A stretch of 64,000 nucleotides of DNA from Octopus bimaculoides (lineage: Eukaryota): positions 16,694,369 to 16,758,368 of the forward strand of contig NC_068992.1 in the NCBI RefSeq assembly GCF_001194135.2, read 5' to 3'. Positions 28,054-40,455 of this stretch are shown here, piece after piece (positions within the stretch are counted from its first letter, which is position 1; each line of letters starts with the position of its first letter). A program made the position numbers and the translations under genes. A model generated the notes under the pieces. It ran no database searches and was not told the origin of the DNA. It worked only from the letters and a program-made list of their open reading frames with translations.

Positions 28054-29247
28054 GGAGGTTTGATCAATAAGTATCCGGACTAGTCCTTTGAAAAGAAAAT
28101 TGCGACACTTTCCAATTTCGCATTTAATCTCCTTCAGAATAGTCCCCTTCCGAAGCCACACACTTAATCCAGCGCTATTTCCATTCATGGAAGCCTTCCT
28201 GGAACTCGTTTTCTGGGATAATAAGCAGCTGCCTCGTCACATTCCTTTGATATCCTCGACATCTTGAAATCTTCCTTTCAAGCGGGATTTTATTTTTGGA
28301 AAGAGGGAAAAGTCTCAAGGGACGAGATCTGGGCAATACGGTACCTGTCGGACCTGGAGAATTCTATGCCTAGTCAAAAGCTGCTGCACAAGCTGGGCTG
28401 AATGAAAAGGTGTGTTGTCACGGTGGAATTGCCGCTCACTGAACGCCGCAAAATTTCACGGTAGTACTCCTTGTTTAGTGTCTGACTAGCTGGAGCATAC
28501 TCATGCTGAACAATCGCCTTGTAGGCGAAGAAAACTGTGAATAGTTTCTTCACATTGATTCAGTCTCGGAGAGGCTAGGAGCTTCCACTGCGAAGACTTT
28601 GTTTCAGGGTCATAGCCATAGTCCCACGATTCATCACCTGTTTTGACAGTTATCGATACATCGTTTTCGACACAATCAAGGAGACCTTTTGCAACTGAAA
28701 CCCGAGTGTCTTTTTTATTAGTTTTGGCATATACTTTGCAGACAAGCATCTCACACCCAAATCTTCTGTGATAATAGGTTGAAGTAAATCGTAACGAATC
28801 TGCACATCCTCGGAGAACTCACGGATAGGGATTCGACGATTTCTCCTCACAGCTGCACGCACATCTGTTATGTTTTTCTCAGTTCTGCTGGTTGCGGGTC
28901 TCCCAGAACATTCGTCACTATCGACATGTTTTTTTTTTTGGCTCATACACTCCTCTCCATACACTTTCTGTCCATTTGCTTAGGCCTCTGAGCAGGTATC
29001 ACCAACCTTTTGGCAAAACGTGTTGCAGATTCTCTGCTCAACTTTCTCTGTCATGATCAATGCTACCTTCACACACTACACATGTTTATTTCAAAGACTG
29101 CCGTACACAGCGGAAGTGAGCTAGACCTTTACAACTTAATGCGCATGCAGAGCAGAACGCAAGGTGAATTTGTACCAAGAAGCTACACTCTGCGTGCTTT
29201 AGTTTCGTTACTATGGAAAACAGTTCCGATACTTATTGATCAGACCA
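28054..29247 (-). mobile_element. Near full-length decayed mariner (DD34D) element with both TIRs and TA flanks
   Basis: The left end ggaggtttgatcaataagtatccggact matches the reverse complement of the right end (cagttccgatacttattgatcagacc), with TA on both sides. Transposase motifs SGRPATS, SAKYMPK (WVP-like), TGDESWDYGYDPETK, HRDNTP and PYCPDLVP*DFSLFPK, with many stops and frameshifts. Confidence 0.92.
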
Positions 29248-30469
29248 TATATATCTTTTTGTCTAGCTGTGTGCGAATATGGAATGTCAGTATTTGCTTA
29301 ACATTGCACATATTTATAGCAACAAACACTAGATATCCTCATTTTTATCCTTACATATTTAACGCAGAACTAAATATTGTGTAGCACATCAAAGCTGAAG
29401 TGGCCTGCCTACACTAACGACGTTTTCCAAGAAAATGACAATGTTCATTTAATTAGAAACATCTAGCCAGTTTGTTTGTTTCAACAAATATCAGTTTGAC
29501 CATTCAAACCTGATCATATTAAATATAACCGTTTCAAATTTAAAATCAAGAAGAGAGGTTTACTTGAAAGCTTCAAACGCAGTCCCTATCTGGCACTTAA
29601 TTTTATCGGCCCTGGAGGGATGAAAGGTAGTTTGTCTTGTTTGTGTTCGAGGTCACACCATAAAAAGCCGCGCAAGGAAGATTGCAAGTCATTGTTTCGG
29701 TGATATAATGATTCCATCAATATGAACCTGCAATATTTTTGAATCTGTCAGAGGGTCAGTAATTTTGAAGCAAGCATATTCGATTACATTGAGCCTCGGT
29801 ATTTGACCCGTACTTTCTTATATTGACCAACACTGGCACCCATAATCACCCTCGCTTCTCTGAATTCATTCAGACCCGTAATTGGTACGTTTTTCCTGAG
29901 TATACCTGCCTGCATCTCATTCTTTGTCGTATCATTCTTTGCCATGGATGGCCCGCCTCAGGTTATCAATGCTTATTTTTTTTATTGCTAACAACTTATT
30001 GGGATTAATAATCGTGTACATATGCTTTCATAGAGTAACTTTCTGCTTTCTTAATCCATACATTAGCCAACACCGCCAACGCAAACTGAGCCGACTTTCT
30101 TTCTACTAAACACATAACGTCATTCTATTTTTACATAACCCACAAATTAGCGGCCTACTCCAGCTTCCTCATTTTCCTAAACCCACATAATTACGTTACT
30201 ATCATATTAACGTCCCTTGGCTATTAAAAACTCCTTTGGTTGTTAAAAACCGTTTTTGGGAGGAAAACACAAATCTGTTCTGCCCATACTCGTTTTATAA
30301 TTACATTTTTAAACACTTTACGCTGGTAATTTTTTTTATTCCCTTATTTCCTGCTCTGTTTGTCATGAGAGTGCTGCATTCCCAGTCACGAGGAATTTCC
30401 CATTCTATCTTTTCATAGTGTTGTTATATACCTTGTACTCATAAACGTTTTTGATACTTTTCATGAAAT

Positions 30470-30977
<508 letters not shown>

Positions 30978-32071
30978 CACTTAGTGAACAATGTGGTAAT
31001 CCTGTTCTAAGGACACGAATGTATCTCCTGATGTGTCTTCGTACCTTGCAACCATTTTGGCAAATGGCACAAGTTGAGGGATCGTGTTCTCGAGTGCTCG
31101 TGTATCATTAACTATGTGTTTTTCTGCGTGGCTGGCAAGGCATTCCTTGCTTCGTACACAAAACCACAGTAACATGTAAGTTTTCCATTTAGAGAAACAG
31201 CGTTTTGCATCTATATATGCACGACTTATGCTAGTTAAGTAACATCCGTATAAGTTGTAGCTAACATCACAGAAATACCTAGTTTTACAATTACATTATG
31301 TAGATAGAGATACAAATGTGCTCGTATACTAAAACCTTAGTAATACCTTCAATTTTCCACTTGGCGGCGTCCAATAACATTTTTAGGATCACACATAGTG
31401 AATGTTTCCTAGGTATGTGTTTGTGTTCTGCGATGTAATTCCAAAGACCTATATACTAATATTCATGTCACATATTAACCTAGCATGACCACATGTCACT
31501 TCATTTGTTTCAACTATTGATAAAAGTATATGGACATAAACAATTGAAATAACTATTATAATAACTGGCGTGGATTCAATTTACGTTTTATACCTTATAT
31601 ATATATTTATTTATTTATTTATTTATGTGTATCAACATAGGTTATATAATATAATTGCAAACAAATAATCAATGAAGATTGTATAATACAAAATGTATTT
31701 ATGAATGAAATACTATTTGGTTCAGATGTTTGAAAACTAATGAATTCTTAAGGCCATTCACATAATCTGGCGAGTCATTACCAAATGTATAGGGATTTAT
31801 GAGAATATATTGGAAACAATATGCCACAAACAAATTGGTTACAGGATCTCAGTAACAATAACATGAATGTCATAACTATATAAGAATTATTCAATATATA
31901 CAGATTATTTTTCTACTCCAGTTGCACATAGTAAACCAAAATTCAAACCTTTTGTCCGTGATTTATATCCTCACTTTAAAACTATAGCCAATTTATCCAG
32001 ATCAACATTATTCGGTTCCTATAACACAGTAATATTGATTTAGTGTGTCATTCCTTTTTACATTCCCTTAC

Positions 32072-32110
32072 CTTTTCTTGAAGAGGGTCCAATGCCCGAA
32101 ACGTCGTAAC
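32072..32110 (+). ncRNA. Degenerate minimal hammerhead ribozyme motif of the Penelope-like-element type
   Basis: TTGAAGA (CUGANGA core with U at position 3), stem II GGG-tccaatg-CCC, then GAAA-CGTC with the palindromic ACGU stem III. Stem I pairing is poor. Confidence 0.45.
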
Positions 32111-32178
32111 GTGGAATTTGTTTATGATTCTTCATTAAAGCACAAAAATTTAATTTACAATTTACTCTTTTTTCTTGT

Positions 32179-32184
32179 TTTTAT
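32179..32184 (-). promoter_or_regulatory. Candidate polyadenylation signal (AATAAA) for the kinase, implying a 3' UTR of about 0.9 kb
   Basis: First AATAAA I found on the minus strand downstream of the stop codon. No transcript evidence. Confidence 0.25.
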
Positions 32185-33069
32185 TTCGTTTCTCATAATT
32201 CCTTGGATATTTTATATTGTTTGATTTTCTAGATTTTTTGACCAGGCTATTTAAACAAAATAGTAGTGTATGTTGAAAGACATGCATGCCATGATTACAC
32301 CAAATGTAGATATATCCGTTTACGTTGTTAGAATAAATAACGGAAATAGATATTCCTGTATTGTAGTTGTAACAATCAAATATTTTCCAAGGGCATAAGT
32401 GTCGTAAATAAAATGAAATATTTAGTGAGTTCACGTAGTGACAATGCATATAAAATATAATAAACCTTCACGTCAGTGGTCAATAGAGATAGATTTTTTT
32501 CACAATAGAAATTGCCTGTATCTCTGCACAGAGCCAATTTTTCAGCGGGTATTGTAGACTTCGTTTAACTGATTTACGCATCTTGCTGGTATACATTTCA
32601 ACAATCCTTTTGAGCAACGAACACAAACTCATCCTCTGTGTAATTCACAGCACTACACTTTTGTTGTTGAAGACACCAACTCAGAGGAAGGGATACTTTG
32701 ATTAAAACAATAGATTTCCTGATTATTTACCTTACACCAGCACCTTTTGAATCAATATACCAATATATTGTGAATGTGAATCAGGGCAAGGAACCGTTTG
32801 CACCCATGATTCCCAAGCGGATTAGAAGAATTACCAGTAGCAGAAATATACATCTCGATATCTACTGCCCTGCAGAATTAAATTGATTCCTATAAAAGAA
32901 ATTATTTTCAAAAAGAATGCATCGATCAAGTTTAGATTTAAAACAATCAGAGATTTATGTTGAGAGAAGGCAACCGGGTTTTAGATTCATTTCAAGTTGT
33001 TCGTTATACTTTTCATTGATTCGTAGATTCCGTATGTTATTACACTGTTGAGCAATGTGGATGTTTCTA

Positions 33070-33180
33070 TTATATACATTCGCTAGATGTAGTGCTTTCT
33101 CTTAGGCTTTCGTGTCTACGACGAATTGACTTTTGGTAATTCCTTGAATGATTCAGAATATCCTTGCATTTCGCCACAAC
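33070..33180 (-). CDS. Terminal coding exon of the kinase: VVAKCKDILNHSRNYQKSIRRRHESLRESTTSSECI*
   Basis: Acceptor tattattgcag|, phase 0, open for 36 codons to TAA at 33072-33070. It continues KRPKFKE into a plausible helix I (VVAKCKDIL). There is no diagnostic motif, so the call rests on splice signal and frame. Confidence 0.8.
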   Translation of the reverse strand, partial: VVAKCKDILNHSRNYQKSIRRRHESLRESTTSSECI

Positions 33181-35384
33181 CTGCAATAATACATTTACAA
33201 AGACAATTAAATAATATAATGATTTGTTTATTTTTAGGAAGTCAGTCATAGAGATAACATATGTAGATGTGCTATTTCAAAGAGAGTGATAGGAAATATA
33301 GCTCATCGGGATTCAGAGTTTACGAAAATATCATTTCAAAGAGAAAAATAAAGTATATACCCAATCAGAGTTCAGATTTCTTTAAAATCAGTCCTTACAT
33401 TTCTCTTCCTGCTCATTAAAAAAATCAATTTTATAAAATTGATATTTCGTTTCTCTTCGCTGAATTTCGGTTCAATTTGATCTCCAGACATAGTGCTTGG
33501 AAACTAAAATGTAGTTCAATACCTACGAAGGGCCGTATATTTTGTAAAGGAGGAATATATCGAATCCTGTCAAATACGTCTAATACATATCATGACTTTT
33601 GTCTACGAATTCGTGAATTATTCCAACGCCAAAGATTTAAATGATATGCACAGACGTTCATCACGATTATGAAGTATACGGTTTTGTCTTTATGTCTATT
33701 TTATATTAGTGCATCGCATAAAAAATAAAGTCAATTTATTGTTTGGCAACTTCTATATCTCAGCTAATCATTCGTATTTTTTGAAGTATAATATTCAGTT
33801 GGAAGTGGTTTTGCAATTTCTTTTTGCATCACTATGTTCAGCATTAGACGGTGTCCTGCTGTCATATAAACAATAAAGACGTAGTATAGATATTAAGAAC
33901 GTGATTTATATTTTTTCTTTCGGTTATCATATATGCAATAGGATACTGAAAACCCGGTATTACCATGTCATGAACACAGTTAACGACAATGACGCTTTTG
34001 ATTCTACATCCATATTTCGTAATAGTGATGTGTTATGTCTTTACTTCACATTATACTTCATAGAAAATTATAATTGAAAGATGTGCACTTTCTAATATGC
34101 TATTATTCGTCTCTATTATTCCAATTTTAATTTCATATATTTCCCACATCGAGTGACAGTTACAGAAATATCTACTTTGATTAACACTGAGAATCTCTGT
34201 TTTTTGTTTTAGTATATTATGAAGGCAAACAAATATGTCTGCGAAACAGAGTAGCAGCTAAGTATGTTTGTGACACACAAGGGTTGAATATGATACCGTA
34301 AAGATAGCTATTAAATATCTTGCATATCGACTTGTTTTATAATAAGTAGTTTTGTACAACATTGATCAGCAAAACACCATGGCTGGCATTGCTTCAGTTC
34401 GACTAAACATGTTCTAAAATAACATGCAGCTTCTAGCACGTACGTAGTTTTCTGATTCTGGACAAAGACCAAGGCCGAAATATAGTTGTATCACAAGATT
34501 TCAGCGTGAATTTAAAGACATCAAATATCGGGAATCCAAAAGTATAGATCCTACTTTATTTGCAAATATGTATCCCAGCTTTCTAATTGTTCCTCTTCTG
34601 GAATTTGATAAATGGACAACTCTATAATCATTCGGTCATTATACCTACCTAGTATGAGAGAAGAGACTGACCCTTGAAGGAATAATAAGTTTTGCATCAG
34701 AGCGGATTCTGCTAAAGGAATCCATCGCCAGGATAATTTTAGTGGGTGGGTTAAATTTAAGTAATATTCGTAAGTTTATTTCTCACAATTATTACAAACA
34801 TTTAAAAATGAATAGGGCCTATATAGCAAGGAGTTACTTACTTTACAATGACATTTTAAACTTTATTATACCTTCCCAATAATGTTGATTGTACAACAAT
34901 CCATTTATACCCAGAGGATTATAAATTGCTATACACTAATCTAGAAATCATTCATCTAAGATTCTATTTGTAAGATTATTGTAAATGGAAATGTTTACGG
35001 AGAATAAAGTTAGATTATTTGATGAAGGATATTCAGAAATTCATGAATTTCTAAATATACGGGTTTCAAGAGTGATTTTCAATTTCCCAATTTCATTTAT
35101 ATTTTAATAAGTCTGAAATTGCATGTGAAGCTGCTCGTTCTTCCACAATTAAATGACTAGGTGTGAGGTTCAAGCAAGATTGGAAAACGTGTAGAACAAC
35201 GTCTGAAGCTAGTTCATTCTACATTATCGTTATGATGTCTTATATAAGTTCCACTTAATTATTTCTTGAACCTGGGATATCCACCCATAACGAATAGTGC
35301 AGCTAAAAATTGATTCTCCTACTCTGGCTTGTTTTAACCGATCAGTTATCGTCTCTCTAAGATATGTTTCTACGAGAGTTAGAT

Positions 35385-35590
35385 TATTCAGCACAGGGCC
35401 TGAAATTTGGGGGCGAAGGATAGTCGATTACATCGACCCCGGTACTCAACTGGTACTTAATTTATCGACCCCGAAAGAATGAAAGGCAAAACCGACCTCG
35501 GCGGAATTTGAACTCAGAACGTAGCGGCAGACGAAATACCAGTAAGCCTTCTGTCCGGCGAGCTAATGATCTTGACAGCTCACCGCCTTT
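35385..35590 (-). mobile_element. Second SINE family copy in a kinase intron
   Basis: Direct similarity to 21365-21580. Confidence 0.8.
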
Positions 35591-37516
35591 CATGCACAAA
35601 GTAATGTGGTTCCGTTGGATTAGCTAAACTTTGTGATCTTCGGATCTATATTATTTGTAACATCATAAATATTATTAAAATATATTCTCTCGGCAAGAAA
35701 TGCCAGTCATTATCGTTGTCTGCTGATGTGGAAACTCGTTCAAATTAGTAGAGTTCGGTAAATGATTTTTCCGATGAAAGACAAAGAATTGTCTTGTCAA
35801 AATCTGTTTGCATTTCTTGATTCTAAGTTGATATTTCTGAGAAACATTCATAAGGTTGTTTACATTAACAAGATAGAGGAATAATTGAATGATTCATTTC
35901 TAACGAAAAAGCTACACGTTGACAGCTAGAGCTACATCACTCTATTAACGATGTATACATGTATTTAAGTATAAATTAATATAGACATGTCGCTCTACTG
36001 TGTATTTAGCATTTCATTGTAAAGATTACAAGACACATTAACGATTTCTTCTATGTTCATCTTCAATTACCTCTGATATCCGTTCAAATTAATTCATTCA
36101 TTGATAAATCCTTGTAGGTTGGCCCTATTTGTGTACTGGCAAAAATTCGTGAGAAAACTATACACAGTTATAAACATTTTACAGAGTTAATGATGTGATA
36201 TGAGTTAATGTGCATTTATACTTGCATGCATGTATCTGTTGACTGTATGTTTCCGAAATAGGTGAGTCCCAATATGAAAGATATGAATGCCTATTATCGA
36301 TTTAGCATAGGTCATTTCTTATGGCACACATCTCATTCATTTTCTTTCTATATATTGAGTTAATTTTACGATGCATTACAGCTCTGATTCACTTAGAAGG
36401 CAGTAACTACATTAAGTATTCTGGGTAGCAAAATCTTATGTGCAATGTGTATAATTATGCCTCAATCAAACGTGAAAGACGACTGTCCATGAGATACGAG
36501 AGTATTTTTTTTTATTAGTGTGACTACACTCAAGGCATAAATCAACCGGATAGAAGTATTTAGCCAGCTGACAGGTCGAATCTAACTTAACATTTGTATG
36601 TAAGCTTATATCCAACATTGAAAATGTTGTCCATACCCAGGATTTATGATGAACGTGTTTTATTTTCAATGAGATTTCAATGCTAATTTTAAATCACCAA
36701 CAAGATTTCTACTGCAACGAAAATCCTTCTCAAGAAGTAATATTTGAATTCAGATCTGGGAGGTAGCTCAGTCGTTCAGAATTAGGTTGTATTATATTCT
36801 GACGAACACTTTACGAAATGTTGACGTATAAAATCGGCGGTGAGTGTTCTGTTCTGTCAGCCTCAGGTCTAATCACCATATATACATATATAATCACTAT
36901 ATATATATATATATATATNNNNNNNNNNNNNNNNNNNNNNNNNNNNNNNNNNNNNNNNNNNNNNNNNNNNNNNNNNNNNNNNNNNNNNNNNNNNNNNNNN
37001 NNNNNNNNNNNNNNNNNNNNNNNNNNNNNNNNNNNNNNNNNNNNNNNNNNNNNNNNNNNNNNNNNNNNNNNNNNNNNNNNNNNNNNNNNNNNNNNNNNNN
37101 NNNNNNNNNNNNNNNNNNNNNNNNNNNNNNNNNNNNNNNNNNNNNNNNNNNNNNNNNNNNNNNNNNNNNNNNNNNNNNNNNNNNNNNNNNNNNNNNNNNN
37201 NNNNNNNNNNNNNNNNNNNNNNNNNNNNNNNNNNNNNNNNNNNNNNNNNNNNNNNNNNNNNNNNNNNNNNNNNNNNNNNNNNNNNNNNNNNNNNNNNNNN
37301 NNNNNNNNNNNNNNNNNNNNNNNNNNNNNNNNNNNNNNNNNNNNNNNNNNNNNNNNNNNNNNNNNNNNNNNNNNNNNNNNNNNNNNNNNNNNNNNNNNNN
37401 NCATTATGAAATGACTTTCCTTACACTTTGCTGTAACAAATACGTGTATTAAGATCTAAACCCTGGTAAGTATATCCATGTATGTATGTATGTATGTATG
37501 TATGCATGCATGTATG

Positions 37517-37547
<31 letters not shown>

Positions 37548-37683
37548 GTTAGTCCTCTTCTTTTGTCACGCTCTGCACTTCCCTGAAATTTTTTCCGTAA
37601 AGCATACGTGTAGTACGTTTTAACCAGTGTTAATTCCAGTACCTATGCCTAATTGAAATCAAAAAATATATAAAACCGTTTTG

Positions 37684-37721
<38 letters not shown>

Positions 37722-37805
37722 AGTGTGTGTGTGTGTGTGTGCGTGTGCTGTGTGTGTGTATGCGCGAGCGTATGAATGTCTACGTATGTATTTATAAATA
37801 TTTAC

Positions 37806-37934
37806 CTCTTTGAACTTCGGCCGTTTCTGAGGATCCTGATTCCAGCAATACTGGAAAAGCTCTTTATATTCTGGCTGGTAGTCCACAGATTCCTTTAGTC
37901 CTGGTCTAACATTCTTCAATATACTTATTAATAC
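37806..37934 (-). CDS. Protein kinase exon (subdomains X-XI): VLISILKNVRPGLKESVDYQPEYKELFQYCWNQDPQKRPKFKE
   Basis: Acceptor ttttttttattgtag| and donor GAG|gtaaat. 129 nt, phase 0/0. CW..DP.KRP.F is the subdomain XI signature. Confidence 0.95.
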
Positions 37935-38341
37935 CTACAATAAAAAAAAGGAAACCACACGTTATACTACTAATAACCAATCAATAAATCAATCATGTGT
38001 TTTAATGTAAGCTGTCCTTTCTCATTTATCCCACTTTTCCGTGAGACAAAAAAGTAACACGAATGAAACTTACTCTCGGAGACAATATGTCTGTATATCC
38101 TGTGCCTACTGATCGATATAATTATTTCGATTGTTTGTTTGCTTTTTATTATTTCCTACAGTCGTATTTGTCGAGGTTTTTGGCTCCGGTGAGACGAAAC
38201 AAGAATCACAAATGGTTACAAGAAACAATATTTGAATAATCCGTTGGAAGATATTATGTTGCTAGAAAGCATTCGTGCAGGATAAAAATGTGATCCTCGA
38301 TATATCAAACTGAAAACTGTCGAACCTGTACATATGAAGGT

Positions 38342-38396
<55 letters not shown>

Positions 38397-38791
38397 NNNN
38401 NNNNNNNNNNNNNNNNNNNNNNNNNNNNNNNNNNNNNNNNNNNNNNNNNNNNNNNNNNNNNNNNNNNNNNNNNNNNNNNNNNNNNNNNNNNNNNNNNNNN
38501 NNNNNNNNNNNNNNNNNNNNNNNNNNNNNNNNNNNNNNNNNNNNNNNNNNNNNNNNNNNNNNNNNNNNNNNNNNNNNNNNNNNNNNNNNNNNNNNNNNNN
38601 NNNNNNNNNNNNNNNNNNNNNNNNNNNNNNNNNNNNNNNNNNNNNNNNNNNNNNNNNNNNNNNNNNNNNNNNNNNNNNNNNNNNNNNNNNNNNNNNNNNN
38701 NNNNNNNNTACATATATATATATACATATATATACATATATATATATATTCATATATGTATATACATATATATATATATGTACGTATATAC

Positions 38792-38846
<55 letters not shown>

Positions 38847-38894
38847 AATATATATATATATATATACGCCTGTATGTATATTAATATCAGTATG

Positions 38895-39311
38895 TATGTC
38901 ATTATTTAATTTTATTTCTAGATTTCTTACCAATAGATAAAGATCCGGTTGCTAACCTAGATCCAAGGCCTCTTCATTGGAATTTCAACAACATGAATAG
39001 GTTATTTTTGTATATATGTATGTATGTGTGTATGTATGTATGTATGTATGTATGTGTGTGTGTATGTATGTATGTATGTATGGGTGGATGGATGGATGTT
39101 TTGTTTTATGTATGTATTCTAATGTATAAAGTTGTATATCTAGACATGTTCATTTATAGTCAGACAATAAACTTCTGGAAAGTTTTACAGATTTTTATAG
39201 TTCCGGTTATGGATTGGATTCGTAGTCTTCGAATCAGCTTTTTCATTTCCGGTTCTGAGAAGCCTAAATTCTTTAGTTATTTAGGCAGTATGTTACATAT
39301 CCCAGGGCCCC
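38895..39311 (-). mobile_element. 5'-truncated 3' end of an RLE-type non-LTR retrotransposon embedded in (CATA)n
   Basis: GALGYVTYCLNN/KNLGFSEPEMKKLIRRLRIQSITGTIKICKTFQKFIV* (one frameshift, stop at 39162-39160) matches the GALG..GT..I..F C-terminus of RLE LINEs. (CATA)n lies on both sides. Confidence 0.7.
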
Positions 39312-40009
39312 GTATGTATGAATATATGGGTGTATGTTGGTATACATGCATGTATGTTTACATGCGTGTTATGTATGCTATGTATGCATAACCGCATATA
39401 TGAATAACACGTCTATTTCTCTCACTATTTCTTTTGGTGGTAGTCTCTCCGTGGAATTACATTTAAGCATTGATAGAGCAGCACCAGTAAATCTCATACA
39501 ATACTTATATATTTATTAATGCGCACACATAATTGCACGCACCCACGCGAGGGATGCATTTATGCATTTTAAAAGATCACCTTCTTAGGAAGATCTTAAA
39601 TGTTTACATATGATACATTATACATCATGTCCAACGGAAACGAATATGGTTTCAAAAGCAGAATAAAACATTAGAATATATCAACTAAGATATTATCTCA
39701 AAACAGAAGACTGTGAAGACATGATACGAAGTCAAACTTTTCGAATACGTCTTTCTTAGAGAGACATTCACCGGTATTTTAAAATTACTACACAAAGTGA
39801 AATCCGCGTATCAAATAGGTTTAGCTTTATAGGGAAGTATCTTTTAGGTAGTATTAAGTTGTCAGATAACAACCGGATTATTTCTTACCAAACATTATGT
39901 AAACTATTTACATTAAGTCTCTAAAACAATCCAGTACTGAAGTTCATTCAACAATGTAGTGAATAGATGAGCAGGATGTTGTTCATAAGGATTGGGTGGG
40001 GGGGGGGAA

Positions 40010-40455
40010 TGCTTTCTGCCATTTATATTTTAAGTGCTTCAGTCATTGGACTCCAACCATGTTGGGGCACGGCATTGAAGGGTTTTAATTGAATATATCG
40101 ACTCTATTTCGTTTTTAAGTCTGGCACTTATTCTATCAGTATTTTTTTTTACCTAACGGCTAAGTTACGGAGACATAAACATACCAACACCGTATAATAA
40201 GCGGTGGGCAGTCGAACACATGTGTGTGTGTGTGAGTGAGTGCATGTATGTGTATGTGTGCATGTATATATGTACTATGTATGTATGTTACCATATATGT
40301 ATACCACGGGCTTACACACAGTTTCCGTCAACCATAGTCACTCAGGAGGCATTGGTAGGCCCGGTGCCAAAGTAGAAGACACATAAGCTGCCGCTCAGTG
40401 TTGCTGAGATCGACACCTCGTGGTTTCAAAACCGTGATTCTTAAACACGCGGCCA
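40010..40455 (-). mobile_element. Composite SINE copy with internal microsatellite
   Basis: Same tail-microsatellite-head order as 23890-24305. Confidence 0.75.

Noticed and set aside
32731-32891. Extra minus-strand kinase exon with a good acceptor and donor downstream of the stop
   Set aside because: Stops in all three frames, and no convincing upstream donor. At most a UTR feature.
34458-34485. Second hammerhead-like motif (ctggacaaagaccaaggccgaaatata)
   Set aside because: The core deviates at several invariant positions and stem II is mismatched.
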